Assembly: GCA_002633005.1 (NCBI GenBank)
Contig: NMRA01000333.1
Location: forward strand, 278,785-342,784
From: Phoronis australis
Taxonomy: Eukaryota; Animalia; Phoronida
DNA length: 64,000 nucleotides
Direction: 5' to 3'
The notes beneath the pieces were generated by a model that had not been told where the DNA came from, ran no database searches, and was given only the letters and a program-made list of their open reading frames with translations. This document shows positions 13,930 to 27,400 of the stretch, piece by piece; the stretch's first letter is position 1, and each line of letters starts with the position of its first letter. Position numbers and translations under genes: made by a program.

Positions 13930-14044
13930 CTGGTCGGATATAGCGGCTCCTGATTTAGAGAATCAAACAAGTCACTGGATAACGGGCCCGTTACTTAGCG
14001 GATGAAACTGGTTCTCTAAATCAGAGACCACTATATCTGACCAG
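13930..14044. repeat. Short hairpin/MITE-like element upstream of TIMELESS
   Basis: Arms CTGGTCGGATATAGCGGCTCCTGATTTAGAGAATC and GGTTCTCTAAATCAGAGACCACTATATCTGACCAG, with a central palindrome TAACGGGCCCGTTA. Confidence 0.65.
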
Positions 14045-14207
14045 TGCAGATTCGCCACTGCCATAGACAACAAGCAGCCCCTCGGTTGCCCGGTTAGGCA
14101 TTCACTTCAGTTCAGGGCGACGTAATTGCCTACCAGTACCACTCAGTACCACTGCCATTGAAAAAATCAACGTACACGCCACGAAATCGAAGGAATTCGA
14201 CGAGCAT

Positions 14208-14916
14208 TTTCTCGAACGACTGTTTTATAAGTTTAAATTGTACTTTAAATGAACTACTAGGCAAATACTTACGATTATTAACAAAGATGTACAAGATTTT
14301 CAACTGAAAAATGAATGCAACCGGGAAAAACAAGTAAGCAAGACGAAAATGGCGCTAAAATATACACTGTTAACCTTTGACCTTCACTGGCCGCATCAAC
14401 TAATAAGTGATTTTAATAAGGTCTTCAAACGGTACAATTAAGATGTTAAATAGATGGAAATATGTATTAAGAGAAAGAAATTTGAACGCGTGTACACTAA
14501 ATATAGCGTATGGGGTCCTATATTGACATAATGTGATTACCAGATAGTGAATTATATTAAANTTTCTCGAACGACTGTTTTATAAGCTTAAATTGTACTT
14601 TAAGTGAACTGCTAGGCAAATACTTACGATTATTAACAAAGATGTACAAGATTTTCAACTGAAAAATGAATGCAACCGGGAAAAACAAGTAAGCAAGACG
14701 AAAATGGCGCTAAAATATACACTGTTAACCTTTGACCTTCACTGGCCGCATCAACTAATAAGTGATTTTAATAAGGTCTTCAAACGGTACAATTAAGATG
14801 TTAAATAGATGGAAATATGTATTAAGAGAAAGAAATTTGAACGCGTGTACACTAAATATAGCGTATGGGGTCCTATATTGACATAATGTGATTACCAGAT
14901 AGTGAATTATATTAAA
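14208..14916. repeat. Direct 354-bp duplication separated by a single N (probable assembly overlap artefact)
   Basis: 14208-14561 is nearly identical to 14563-14916; there is an n at 14562. Confidence 0.85.
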
Positions 14917-14946
14917 TACATAAAGAATGTCAAGTTTGTCCAATGA

Positions 14947-15018
14947 GCCTCTGTAGCTCAGTGGCAGAGCACTGGTCTCGTAAACCAGGGGTCACGAGTT
15001 CAAATCTCGTCAGGGGCT
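14947..15018 (+). tRNA. tRNA-Thr, anticodon CGT
   Basis: GCCTCTG/CAGGGGC acceptor stem, D-arm TAGCTCAGTGGCAGAGC (A box), anticodon arm CTGGT-CTCGTAA-ACCAG, T-arm ACGAG-TTCAAAT-CTCGT (B box). 72 nt, T discriminator, T-run (Pol III terminator) just downstream. Confidence 0.95.
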
Positions 15019-18000
15019 ACATGAGTTTTACAAATTTTTATGATCAATAAATGACTTTTAAATTCATTTGGACCAGAATAAAATAGTACATTTTTAAAAC
15101 CGTAGGCTAATTACATCATGGGATGAATCCATCTTGCCAATGGTCCACCATATGCGACTCGCGCTGGGACCGGTCTCTTCCGTCGATCGGAGGATCGGTG
15201 CGTTCAGAGTACCCAATCGATCCAGACGACAACGGATTGTAGAAGCATGATCATCATTTGTTTTACTTGTTTTTGGTTAATAGCCACCCAGGCTCAGTCT
15301 TATGTCCGATGTCACGACGCAAACGCCGATTATCACTGACAACGCTGAATTGAATACATTCAAGTTCACCGAACCACTCCGCCTAAAAACCGATAGCACT
15401 CTGACTGAGAGCGTTTTGCTCAAGACTTGATTGTTACGTAGGCCTACTTCTTCCTCGAATTAACATCGAGGGTTCCGTCACTAACTTTTCAGGAGGAATG
15501 CAATTTCAGAAGCCCAACCGTTAAAACTAAAATACCAGTTTCTTTCCTTGACATTTCAAGTTATTTCAGCCATGGAGATTGCATGCCCTGCGAAACTCAG
15601 TAGGCGTTACCTGTATTGTTTCCTACTAGCAATTCGCTTAGATTACACGTCCTGCGATGCTTGGCCTATCTTGCCAAGTAAATTCCACCCAACTTCCCAG
15701 TACAATTTGTTTTTTGACACCTACACCCGTCCTACCAGAAATCGCGACTGTGGATCGAGCAGAACGGATGCATTTCTGCAACATATGCAAACTGGCATTG
15801 GATCATCAGTCAGTCGACGAAGGTTTACATGATCAATTGAAGTATATAACCGTATCTAGGGCCTATTCAGTATTGAAACAAATCCAAACTATACTTGGAT
15901 CACCTGATCAGTGCGGCGGGCACGGGCCGGGGGCACGTAACCCGACAAAACTATAATGGCATTTGATCGACCTCATTAGTCCGGAGATATAATTTCTACT
16001 ATTCGTACGGCTGACTCGCCGTGAATTTGGTCCCTTTGAAATTTCGAGTCTACAACACTAAGCGTGAAAAGGGTATAAACGTGAAGTCGGTCCGATGTCC
16101 TTTTTTCTTTGCCGGTGGTACGGGTTAAAGCCTTCATTCCTTGAATCCGATTTTATTATTAGTTTAGATGTATTGGCTAACCAGCCATGATTGTCCTAGC
16201 AAAGTCTCAGCAAAAAGGGAAAACGTGAGTTTAATAACTCAAATGATAGGTGAAGTTGCCTTTTCGTGCCATATTGCGTCGCAGCACAAAGAACAAAAGG
16301 TCGATAGCAGTTGTCAGTATTGAATAGGGGTCTGAATCGATAGAATACAATTGTGTGGTGGTTTTGGTAGCTGCTGCTTGAATAAATTGGCGATTCTCGC
16401 TGTGACTTACACAAAAGGTAGCAATAAGCCAAATGGTTCATTACATTAGGCAATTTATGAAACTTGGGTGGGCTCAGGCGCGAGTGTACAGATTTGCAGA
16501 CGTTACCATGCAGTTCAAGATAGGGTTTAAAGATATATTTGCATGCTCATACATGTAACTTATGCTAATGTATAGCAGGAATTATACAATAATGCTATTT
16601 TAACATCATCTACGCTAAGTGCAGTTGTTTTCATCATGTTCATTGACAACTTGTAAACGTGAAAATAAAAAATTCTGCAAATAGGTGACACTTGCACTAA
16701 TATTTTATTACTTCACTTGGAGGCTCACATAACCCGCATCATGCAAAGTTATTAACGGACACCACGTCACGATACTTACCCTAGACACGGTTGAGTGATT
16801 TACGGCGGATGATTTTCATGAGATAAAACTCGTTCTTAAAAACACATTAATTTTGGCAATTTTCAACCTATTGGTTCACATCGTCGCTTATATTTCGTGT
16901 TTCTAATGAGTGAGGACCCAGGAACACGCGTTCCAACGAGGTGCTAACATTGGGCTTTGCGACCAACCGTAAAACAAACGCCACATTTTAAATGTACCGA
17001 ATGTCGCCATGCGTGTCCGATAGCATGAACTCTTTCACAATTGCAGGTCAAGGCGAAAGGATAAAGTTGACGACTGAAAACCACACATAACAAAAGCTAC
17101 TTTGAAAAGAATGTGCACAACGAATGTATCCACTTGTTTTAAAAATGCCGCATTTTTAAAACAATTAGTAATTTCCCGTGACAATCGTGTCTAATGCTTT
17201 CCTCGACAAGTGACCAACACTGACCTCTGAGATCCAAAGTGAGGACCCTTAACCGGCACATAAGCAAATTGTGAAAACGTTTACTTAAAAAATAATAATA
17301 GATTAGTAAATTAACTGAGCTGTTACTTAATCCTCACTACGCATATTAGATCTACTTGAATAATCTCATACTGCAGATTACGTATTATGAAGCACAGGCG
17401 CTCGAGTTTATCTGTGGCTCGATCATCATCGGGGCCACTCACTACTAAGAAAGCATATAATTATATGGTTATGAGTCATCGGGAAGTTCGAGCGCCTGTG
17501 TTATGATGAAGGGCGTAATTTTGCGTAACCTTATTAGAAAGATAACGATTTTGGGAGCAATCGGCAGCATTCCCTTCTTTAAAATATAAAAACCACGCGA
17601 AATTAGCACCACCAGGTCCAAAATTCCATTCCAGTGATCAGGGCTTGGGACGACCAATGACAAAAAATGAGGCGATGCATCTTTCCACAAATGAATAGGG
17701 TTGAGCGACAGAATGATATATTTGTGTTGTAAACTTTAACTGATATAACGCTTTTGCTTGAATAAAGTCAAAATTGTGATAAAAAAGAGTCGAAAAAAGA
17801 GTAAACTGGAAATCAAATAAGCAAAAGTCGAAACCAAAAAGAGAAAATCCTCCTAAAAGAGGAGAATGCCAAACCCTGAATGATTCAAAATTCCTTCAAG
17901 GTTAGAAGTACTACTGTGGAATCTAAGGCACGGGCACCTTGCACCTCAGGAGAGCAAGAACCAAGCCGTAAGAAGTCTTGATACACAGCGCTTGGTCATA

Positions 18001-18192
18001 TACTTATTCAAACAATCCAAAAATTAAGAGGGGCTTCTGGGTTCCACAGTATCGAACATCACCATCACGATCTCTATCAGCCTCTACAGAGCTGATCAGC
18101 ACAGCCTTCAGCCAATATGCAAAAATGCCATAGTATCACCCTACTCTTTCACAGTGCTACGAAAGGTAATATTGTTTAACATGGCTTCTAAA

Positions 18193-19473
18193 AACAAGAG
18201 CAACGCGGAGCGTTGAAATGCGCCCACGAACGCATCGCAAACGGTGAGCTTTTAGGGTTGTTTATTTGTGTCATAAAAATGGCCACTAGATGGTGCAAAA
18301 ACGTACAATCCATTCGAAAATGGGAACATGTCATAGCTTTTTTAATAGAAAGATATTCACCAAATTTCATAGAAATCTGTCATGGAACTTCAGAGAAACA
18401 AAGGAAAACAGAATAAAATGAAAACTGCCACTAAGGAGCACAGTGTTCATTGGATCCCCCTGAAAGCCGTCATTGTCTGTAGTTAGCTTCATATAATACA
18501 CTTACTAAATTTAATAAAGATCCAGCAGTGGGTTTAGGAGATACAGCTATGGGCGCAAAACAAAACAAGACTACAATTATAGACGGCACAGTAGTCAAAG
18601 TCGTCATCGTCAACCATTCTCTTCACACAGAGAACAAAAACGCCAATTTTCAAAACCATCCTTAGAATGATGTGCTTTATAGAGGGGTGGACGCCAAAAA
18701 ACAGACTCGAAAACAGCAAAAATGGCCACTAGGTGGCGCAAAATACCTCGATTCCATTAAAAAAGCGGGATAGCGTCACCTAACCAACAGATGCCTGACT
18801 GTATTCAAAATTTTATGAAAATCCGTTGAGGACCCTTGAAGACATAGATGTAAACGTAAAATCTAAAATTGCCATCAGGGTGCACACCAGTAGTCAGATC
18901 CGTCCGAAAGTCGTCGTTCTTTGTCAACATCATATAAATACCCTTGTTAAATTTAGTGAAGATCCTGCAAACGGTTTAGGAGATACAACCATGAGCGCAA
19001 AAAAAACGAAACTGCCACTAGGAGGCGCCACAGTAGCTGAAGTCATCGGAAAATCATCGTCAACTGTCTTCCTCATAGTAAGAACAAACATGCCAATTTT
19101 CACAATCATCCTTAAAGTGGTTTGGTTGTTAGAGGAGCGGACGCCAAAAAACAAACTCGAAAACGGTAAAAATGGCCACTAGGTGGCGCAAACTAAGTAC
19201 AATCCATCTGAAAACGGAAAGATAGCGTCACCACACTAACAGAAGCCTGTACGCCAAATTTTTTGAAAATACGTTAAGGACCTTTGAAGATACAGAGGTT
19301 AACATAAAAAAATGAAATTGCCACCAGGGGGCACATCAGTAGTCAAATCCGTCCAAAAGTCGTCGTCGTCCTTTGTCAACATCATATAAATGCACTTACT
19401 AAATTTAGTAAAGATCCTGCAGACGGACGGACGGAATAATGCGTCTACATATAAATATGTGGACGCTTAAAAA
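18193..19473. mobile_element. HINE/Pearl-like non-autonomous Helentron-type element with internal satellite array, copy 2
   Basis: Begins AACAAGAGCAACGCGGAGCG..AAATGCGCCCAC. About 8 monomers homologous to those at 714-2182, a (GACG)3 microsatellite, and a terminal hairpin GCGTCTACATAT-AA-ATATGTGGACGC plus an A-run. Confidence 0.65.
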
Positions 19474-21465
19474 TGAAACCGACGTCATACCATTCAGTCA
19501 TTCCCATTGACTGAAATCTGGGAAACCCCTTTCAGTTTACTGTTAGGTAGTATGGCGACCACCTTTGACACCACTAGTTGTAATTTATTAAAATGGACAG
19601 TGAAGAAAGTAAACAAAATCAAAAGAACCCCATTCCAGTGGCTTAAGCCCAAACAAATGCAGTGCATAAAAGTGTGTGCAAATGGTGGCTATGTGACCAG
19701 TATACTTCGGACCAAGCAAGCCCACTAATGCACACACACAAATTCCGTGTGTCCTACATCATGTTTCCAAAGGGCCACTTTTCAGTATAGGCGACACTGT
19801 GTCAGAGGGTAAGTATCATTGTTGGCACAGTTGTCCATAATGCCACAAGATCTTCCTGTCCCAGAGAGGGGACAAATACAGCAACAGTGGAAATGCCCAA
19901 ATTGAAAAAAATAACATCGTAAATCTTTTATATTATAAAAAATATATTATCTAAATATTTTGTTTGCATACAAACAGGAATTTATGCGTTAATTTAACAA
20001 AACAAGATTCATGTTTCATGATTACAAGGACTACAAAATACCCGGAGTGATGACCATATATACATATGAAATGTGACAAACAGAAAGTCCTGTTACCATG
20101 ACGACACAGATAAGATGACAAGAGATGGACACACACATATACAACTATGTATAATTTTCTCTCCCAGTAAAAAATGATTAAAACAATTAGCAATCTCCCA
20201 GTGGTGGACAGAAATAATTATTCAACAAAAGACGAAAAGAAACGAAGACCTCCAAGACAGACAGTTACTACAGAATTCAAGAGCCAAGAAACTCCTCAGT
20301 TTGTACGTGTTGAATGCACAAAATGTGACCATCTTCTCAGCCTCTTGAATTTACCATATTACTCAACGGGAGCTTCAAAAATGTTGTTATGCAATGAACA
20401 CCAACTACCAAGAGCATCACAAAAATATTAGTTAATGTTCTCTCACTGATAACCACATCTTTGGTATAAGGACAATGACACATAAGTCCCGTCCACACAC
20501 AGCCTACCCTAGAACAACTTGCACCAGTGCAACTTACTTCACTTTGAGTGGAGTGTCCGCACACATCCACTAACTAGGGTAAGACAGAAGGTGTCGCTCT
20601 GTGTGTGACAATGAACACCTAATGCCAATACACACGCAAGAGAAAACCCACCTGTACGTAACCACAGGTGACAATTACTTCCACCCTACCCCACTTTACA
20701 CTCACACAGTGATGACAAGTGCCGCAAGTTACCCTAGTACAAGTTACCCCACCTCAATAATGTGGAGTAAGTTGTCACAAGATGGGGTAAGTTGCACTAG
20801 CCTAGATAGCGTCCAGATAGCACTCAAGCCTAACGACATCTCGTAGTTATAACTTGTTCTGGGGTAAGTCTGTGTGTGGATGGTACTATAGGTTACATGC
20901 TGTCATTATTACCAGACCTGAAGCCTATGATCTGAGTGAGGTCATGGTTTCCATGTCAACTCAATACGCAACAATCAAGACGGTCTCCATTCCCACAGCA
21001 AGAGCACTGCACAGACATAGATGTAACATGTCAACACGTCCTACAGTCCTAGGGATAACCATGGCCGACTCGCTTCACCAAAAACACATACCGTAATCTC
21101 TAACAATCGTAATCACAAACACAACTTGAATCAAAAACGTGCCCGTTTCCACGACAACACCCACTTCATATTGATGAGGGCATGTGACAAAATCTGTGTG
21201 ATTACCACTCATTGCCTGACCTGGTCAAGTCAACATTCCACAAATACAATGGAAAATCTGCTCTTGAAAAGTACAAGCTGGACTATGAACCCTACTCATA
21301 GCTTTGACGACTGAGAAACAGCAAAATTACCGATTTCTACCTAAGCCTAAGGACATACAGGCCCATGGCCCATCATAAATTGCTGTAGTTGGTATCTAGA
21401 TGGTCAGCTTGTGGCTGGTGAACAGACCCTTATTTGAATATTTAGTGACTATAACCACACCGTGG

Positions 21466-24400
21466 TCATGTGACTTCCATACACACTTGATTGTCTACTG
21501 TGGACTGTAAGCAGGAGCTGTCCTCGAGATTTTCACTGAAATTGAAAGAGACATGACTGCAGCAGGCAGAACAATTTGTGAGCTCAGCAAGTATTGTGCA
21601 CCAAATTATACACCACGCCGGACAAGGTCAGGGTCTTTTTGTCCCATAATTTTTTATGTGTTCTGTAGAAAGGAAATAGGTACCAGTAATGAACCGAAGT
21701 ACGAAGACAACACAACAAAGGTAAAACCTAAAGAATAATTAATAATAGACTTATGTAACGTGCCTGCATTTTGAGAACCAGTTTTCTCCACTAAATAATG
21801 GGCATCAAACTGGTTCTCAAAATGAGGGCACGTTATATCCGACTATTGCAGACTAATTTTTTTTTTCTGTAAGGGAAAGCAACCGCTTTTGACGCTACGC
21901 TTAATAAAAAAAAAACAACAGACTAATGGTCACCTTGGAAACATAACATTCCATTTTAATTACTTTTCCCCGATGAGTATTAACTATCCATGGAACATCA
22001 GAATGGGACATAAACGGACTGACACAGGACTCTCTTCTCATTTCTACATTCACTTCCAATGAGCACACATAACGGCCTATTCCCTACAGAACACAGACTG
22101 TGCATGTCATTCGTGTTTGGTCAACGCAACTGAATGCAGCACCAAGATGCGCGTCCGGCTGTTTACATCCTTTGTATTGATCCATGGTTACCGCGTACTC
22201 GCCATGGGAACAGTAATAAACAGGGGAAAATGTCTCTACATCGTAATCAGGGATCTGCATTTATAAACAAAAAACAGTTGTTTCCCCTTTAAGTCACTTT
22301 GTAACACAAGAGACACATTCTTGTCTATACAAACACTAGCACTAAGATCATCCTCCGAATGCATGCATGCTTAATCTATTCAGATGATCAGAGAGACCCT
22401 CAGTCGAACTAGTGTGTAAGTACCAAGCCTCCTATTGTCATTGATTTGAACTACAGGATCTTAGATGACTCAGTTACCTTATTAGGATGTTGGGAGAATT
22501 GTTCTTTGTGGGCGTGGAGTCGACCGTGACAACATTGATGTCCTCGGGAGTTATGGCCTTAGTGGCTGGAATACTGACGGGATCGATGATGATGTGGTCA
22601 GACGGTGGAGAGTTCACTGCTAAGGGTGATGTGGTCAGTGTAGTCTTAGCGTCCCTCTTAGTGGACGGGAGGAGAGGGTAGTTCAGCTGTAGCACTGTTG
22701 CTGCTGGCGACGTTGACAGTCCGGACAATTTGCCTGCAGGGAGACAGGTGACATGAGTACACATCAATTATACAGGGTGTTCCAAAAAATACTTGTGTAG
22801 TTTGAAGTCAGGAGTTCAATTTCAGTCCCGTAAATCAGACTCTGTCCATGGGCCTACTGCGTGGTTACACCTTGGAGTGAAAGCAGGCGCGTAGGCGACT
22901 GAGGCACTGTGCAAACAGGAATGGCAAACCATTCTGGACATTCAAAAACGTCAAGGAAATTTCAAGAAAACTTAATTTTCCCACTTTGGTTCATAGACTC
23001 ATTTTTGATCAACCCTTCATGACTTTGAACCACTAATCTGGTTTGTCACTTGAAATGTGATCACGTTTTTGAGATCCCCTGTGCACGTCATTAAACGCAA
23101 CTTTAGGCTTAATTATGCTCAGTAGAAGAGACTAGAACAAACTAAATGAATGATGTAAACAAGGATGAGAAATGCAGGAATGCTCATCAGTTTCACAACT
23201 GAAATTCTTGCTTCAGGTATCACCTCAACAACTTAGGTCTTTTTTAGATGTTGATCTTGATGTGCAAAGTGATAGAATGCTAGATTAATGACGAGATGTC
23301 GATAAGAGGATCGATGGCGTGATGAAAACCTGCATAAATGGTAACTCTGCACTTGTTTAGAATGCAATACGGCCGACAAGTGAAATCTTATTTTGTTAAA
23401 CTTCTCCACAAAAGTAAAGATCAAGAACATTTTAGTGCATTACACGAAGGGATTCTAATGGGTAAATGTCATAAAATAACATTTCCTAAAATTCCCATTA
23501 CTGGCTAAAAAGAAAAATGGGAAAAGTCATTTCAGCAATTATTTCTGTGCAAAATAAGAGAATTGCTGTAGGCTATTGTACAAACGATCTAGACTTAAGA
23601 ATTTCTTCCTGCTCATGATCACATTTCGATTGAATGCATGACACCGAAAAAGGCGATCTCCCTGAACCTCAGCAACAGGGAATAAATTGCCATCATGGTG
23701 TCAACATGCACTGTGTCACATTTCATCGAAGCATGCATTTTATACTCACTATTATTTAGAGGGCCATTGGGCAATGGCTGGCTGACGATCACAGACAGAG
23801 ATTTAGTAGAGGGCGCTGTAGTAGCTAGAGTAGCAGGTAATGACGGAGTAGCACCATTTTCAGTTTTCACGACAGGGACCCCTACGGGGACAGTGTCTGC
23901 ACACTGCTGGGCATCACGCACCGCTGAGGCAGCGAACTTGGCCGTCGCAGAGTCAAGTGTAAAGCGCGAAGTGGGTTGTGACGCGAAGGAATGTTCAAGA
24001 TTGATGGAGGCGTCGAGGTCAAGCGACTCCTGTCGCAGCAGCTGTTCCTGCTGTTGGCGCTGCATTTGTAATAGTTGTTCTTGGTGGCACTGAAAACTCT
24101 CCATATTGAACTCTACTGGTGTCGAAGACAGGCTGTGGTCACCCACGTCACCGCTCACCAAGCGCCGCTCTTCTGTTGGCGTGCGTGGTCGATAGTGCGA
24201 CCTATTGGGAGGATGGAGAAAAATATCAAATGAGAATACCATGTAGCAAGTTCTCGCAAACAGCCCGGCCCCGAAATAATCTTAATAGCAACAGCGTTTA
24301 GTGTCTGAAGAAAACGAAATCAAAGCCTGGTTGGTTCCCTCAACATCAGCCTTGAAATTATACTTACTATGACAGGATTTATTTCTGTTGTCACAAACAC

Positions 24401-27400
24401 CTAGAATCTTTACGAATAAAAAATACTTCACCAAATCATGGGGCAGGCCAACCTACCAAAACTGGACAGCTTCAATTCCATTACAAAACAGGTACAAAAT
24501 ACCAATTGGACAATTTAGTAGAAGGTTACTTGGCTGGGGTCAAGCGTATGGACAACATGAGAACCAATTAGGACAGCGAGACACCACAACCAGCACCCTC
24601 AGGTTGGAATCCACCAACTTTGCAGTCTTCAATCAATTTAATGTATGTGTTTGCAAATATGTTGTTTATCATAAAACCGCAGTTTTCTTATTCCCTAAGT
24701 ATAGTCACTGAAAACGACAGCGTACTGATGTGACAATGATGAAGAAAGCATCCAGCCGCCTGCTTCAGTTAAATACAACTTTACAGCATACGCTTTCACG
24801 GATTCCAAATGGAAACAACCCATTGTCAGTTTTGGCATAATTCTACGTTTACAGTCTGTGTAAAAACGAGGTAAAGCATACAATATTTTAGCTAAACAAG
24901 CCGCAACGCGCTGAACAGAAACCAATCACTCACCACTTGTTGTCCTTTATATATGAGAACAGCTTCCCCTTTGAGTCATCAACATCACCAGTCGATGACA
25001 TGTCGAAGTCCCTCAAATCATCATCCCAGTCGCTGAACGCTCGGTCGATAAGAATTCTGAAAGTCACAAGGAAATGGAATATTGTTGAAACCAACATTTT
25101 TAATCAACTCTTGGGCATTTGAATATACAATCCCCATGGCGACCCTTGACAGTGTACAGCAAGAAGTAAGTCCTGCTTACAAATGTGTTTCAATTACATC
25201 AATTACATCACCAGCTGATTTCAAAGAATTGGACAAATACTTTCTTGTTGGAATACCTGCGAAATTTCACAGCAGCAGAATTTTTAATACTTTCATATAT
25301 ATGTATATTTCCGATCTCTTCAAAGAAATTCAACAGAAATTCGGAAAAATAAGACAGCTTTGACTACATATCACTAATTAACGGTAGTTTTTTTTTTTGA
25401 AAATTACCAGTTTCCAGACCACGTGTTCACCTGAAAAAGACAACACAAATGAAAACAGTCCCTACCATGCCAACAGGATCATGGCTACAACTTGTGTTTT
25501 CACTTTCAACAGTTTTATAAGACGTTCATGTCCCACGAACGAATAGCAATTTTTGCTATTGATTGTTGCCAAGCATAACTGAAAGTAAAAATTACCAACA
25601 GAAGTAGCGAAAGGAGTTTTTGGTCGTTTTATGAATTTCTCAAAAGTTTTGACCCTTTCTCATATTCCACGAGTATCCTACCCATGAAAACTATCTTTGC
25701 CATTTTCCAAGAGAAGAGAAAACTAATTTGTATAAAACATACCTCCCTCCCCTACCAACACGACGTCTTGCAAAGCCGATACACCGACGCGGCATGCTGA
25801 GCGATGTGAGAGAGTACCTATATTTTTTGTCACCGAACCCACCATCATCCTGGCTACACCATGGCCAGTTTCCTAAGCCGTCCAGGATTGGCTAAAAAGA
25901 GAACATATAATGTAACCAAAGCTGTGATTGGCTGACAAGTCATGAAATCTACACCAGGATTGAATAAAGTGAAAGTAGGGCAAAATCAATTATCCACAGA
26001 GATGTTTATTAACAACTCATCCAGCAAAGACTGGCAATGTTCAGCAAAGCAAAGTGTCTGAGCAGTCACGACTTGTTAGTATATACACATATTTCCCCAA
26101 GACGGATCTCCTATTTCCTTCCTGTATAAAGATTTCTAGTAGAAGACTAAGTTGCTGTGCAATAACTAAAACCAATTACACGAAACATGTTGAACATATT
26201 GGCATATTTCCCAAACCTGGGAAAATTCTCAAGTCACAACTGAGAATGTCAAAGCCAGACAACAATTCTCCCTAAATTCGTTTCAAAGTTTTGTTGACTT
26301 CCAAATTTTAATTATTAACAGTTTTCCTAAATTCATAACCTATGATTCACATTATTGTTCCGTTTATTTCCTGAAATCTGTCCATTTTCCATCACAGCAA
26401 TCAGCACATGTCAAACACGTGCTTAAATTACAACAGGAGGTTGGAATTGTTCGTCAAAAATCTGGCAAAATCGGTCAACTATGCACCACCAGTGCATATG
26501 ATTGTCTGCGTTTCACGTTTGTTCGTTAGCAGGAGGAATTGAGTTAGAGAATGAATAAACATTTAAAGGGAGAAAATGGAGAGGTACGCACAAGATCCCG
26601 AGAATGAGGCACGACCGTACGGCCTTTTTTGGTCGACAACTTTGATGCCTAATCAGCACCCTCACATTTCATTTTGTGACTTTCAGTTTTGGCGACCTCA
26701 GATTTCGTTTGGCGACCTGGGATTTTTGCCAGGTCGCTAAATGTGACTAGGGGTTAACCTAAGCGTCGAGCGCTGTACAGTTGTCGTCTGAGTACATACC
26801 GCTTGGTAGGAACAGTTAGATTTCCGTCGGAAGGCGTACACACCGTCAGGGTCGTTCTCGTCTTCATGGTCAGACGAAGACACCATCTGGTGAAGAAAAT
26901 CAAAACGACATATCAACAGGTAGGCTTAAACTTCATATAAGCAACAGAAATTAAATAAAATGAAATTCATTTGTAAACAGTGGATCACTACTCCCATAAA
27001 CATCTAGTAATAGCAGTTAAACAAAAAATAACAATCACTATTTCTTTGAATATCCAATAAAAGGCCAGTTCTCTCTTCTGGTCAATGGAAAAAATCTTTG
27101 TTAATTTTGTAACGATTTAGTAGTTTCCATGACTTTAGCCAGAACTTCAAACAAACTAGGTAAATTCTGACGAAATTCGTCACCGTTTTTTCCGTAAACT
27201 GCTGAAATTTAAAATCTCTGTAAAGCACGTCACTAGCAAGTCAGAGCTGATGGTACTCACTGGTGACAGACCATCGTCCTCTGAGCTGTAGGCGTCCGTG
27301 TGTAGGATGTCCACCTCGTGGTACTGGGGTAATTGCACTGTTGGTTGGCTAGCCTGCTGCTGCTGTTGCTGCTGCTGCACAGACTGTTTTGGTTTGCGCT

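Noticed and set aside
14208-14916. Duplicated promoter segment as a regulatory duplication
   Set aside because: Near-identical copies abut a single N, typical of a contig-overlap artefact.
15100-17700. Short ORFs in the CpG-richer intergenic region
   Set aside because: No recognisable domain or consistent splice pattern; left unannotated.
22236-22254. Alternative EPC terminal exon (RSLITM*)
   Set aside because: The exon at 21535-21466 has the correct phase and the conserved MEVT C-terminus; nothing else supports this one.
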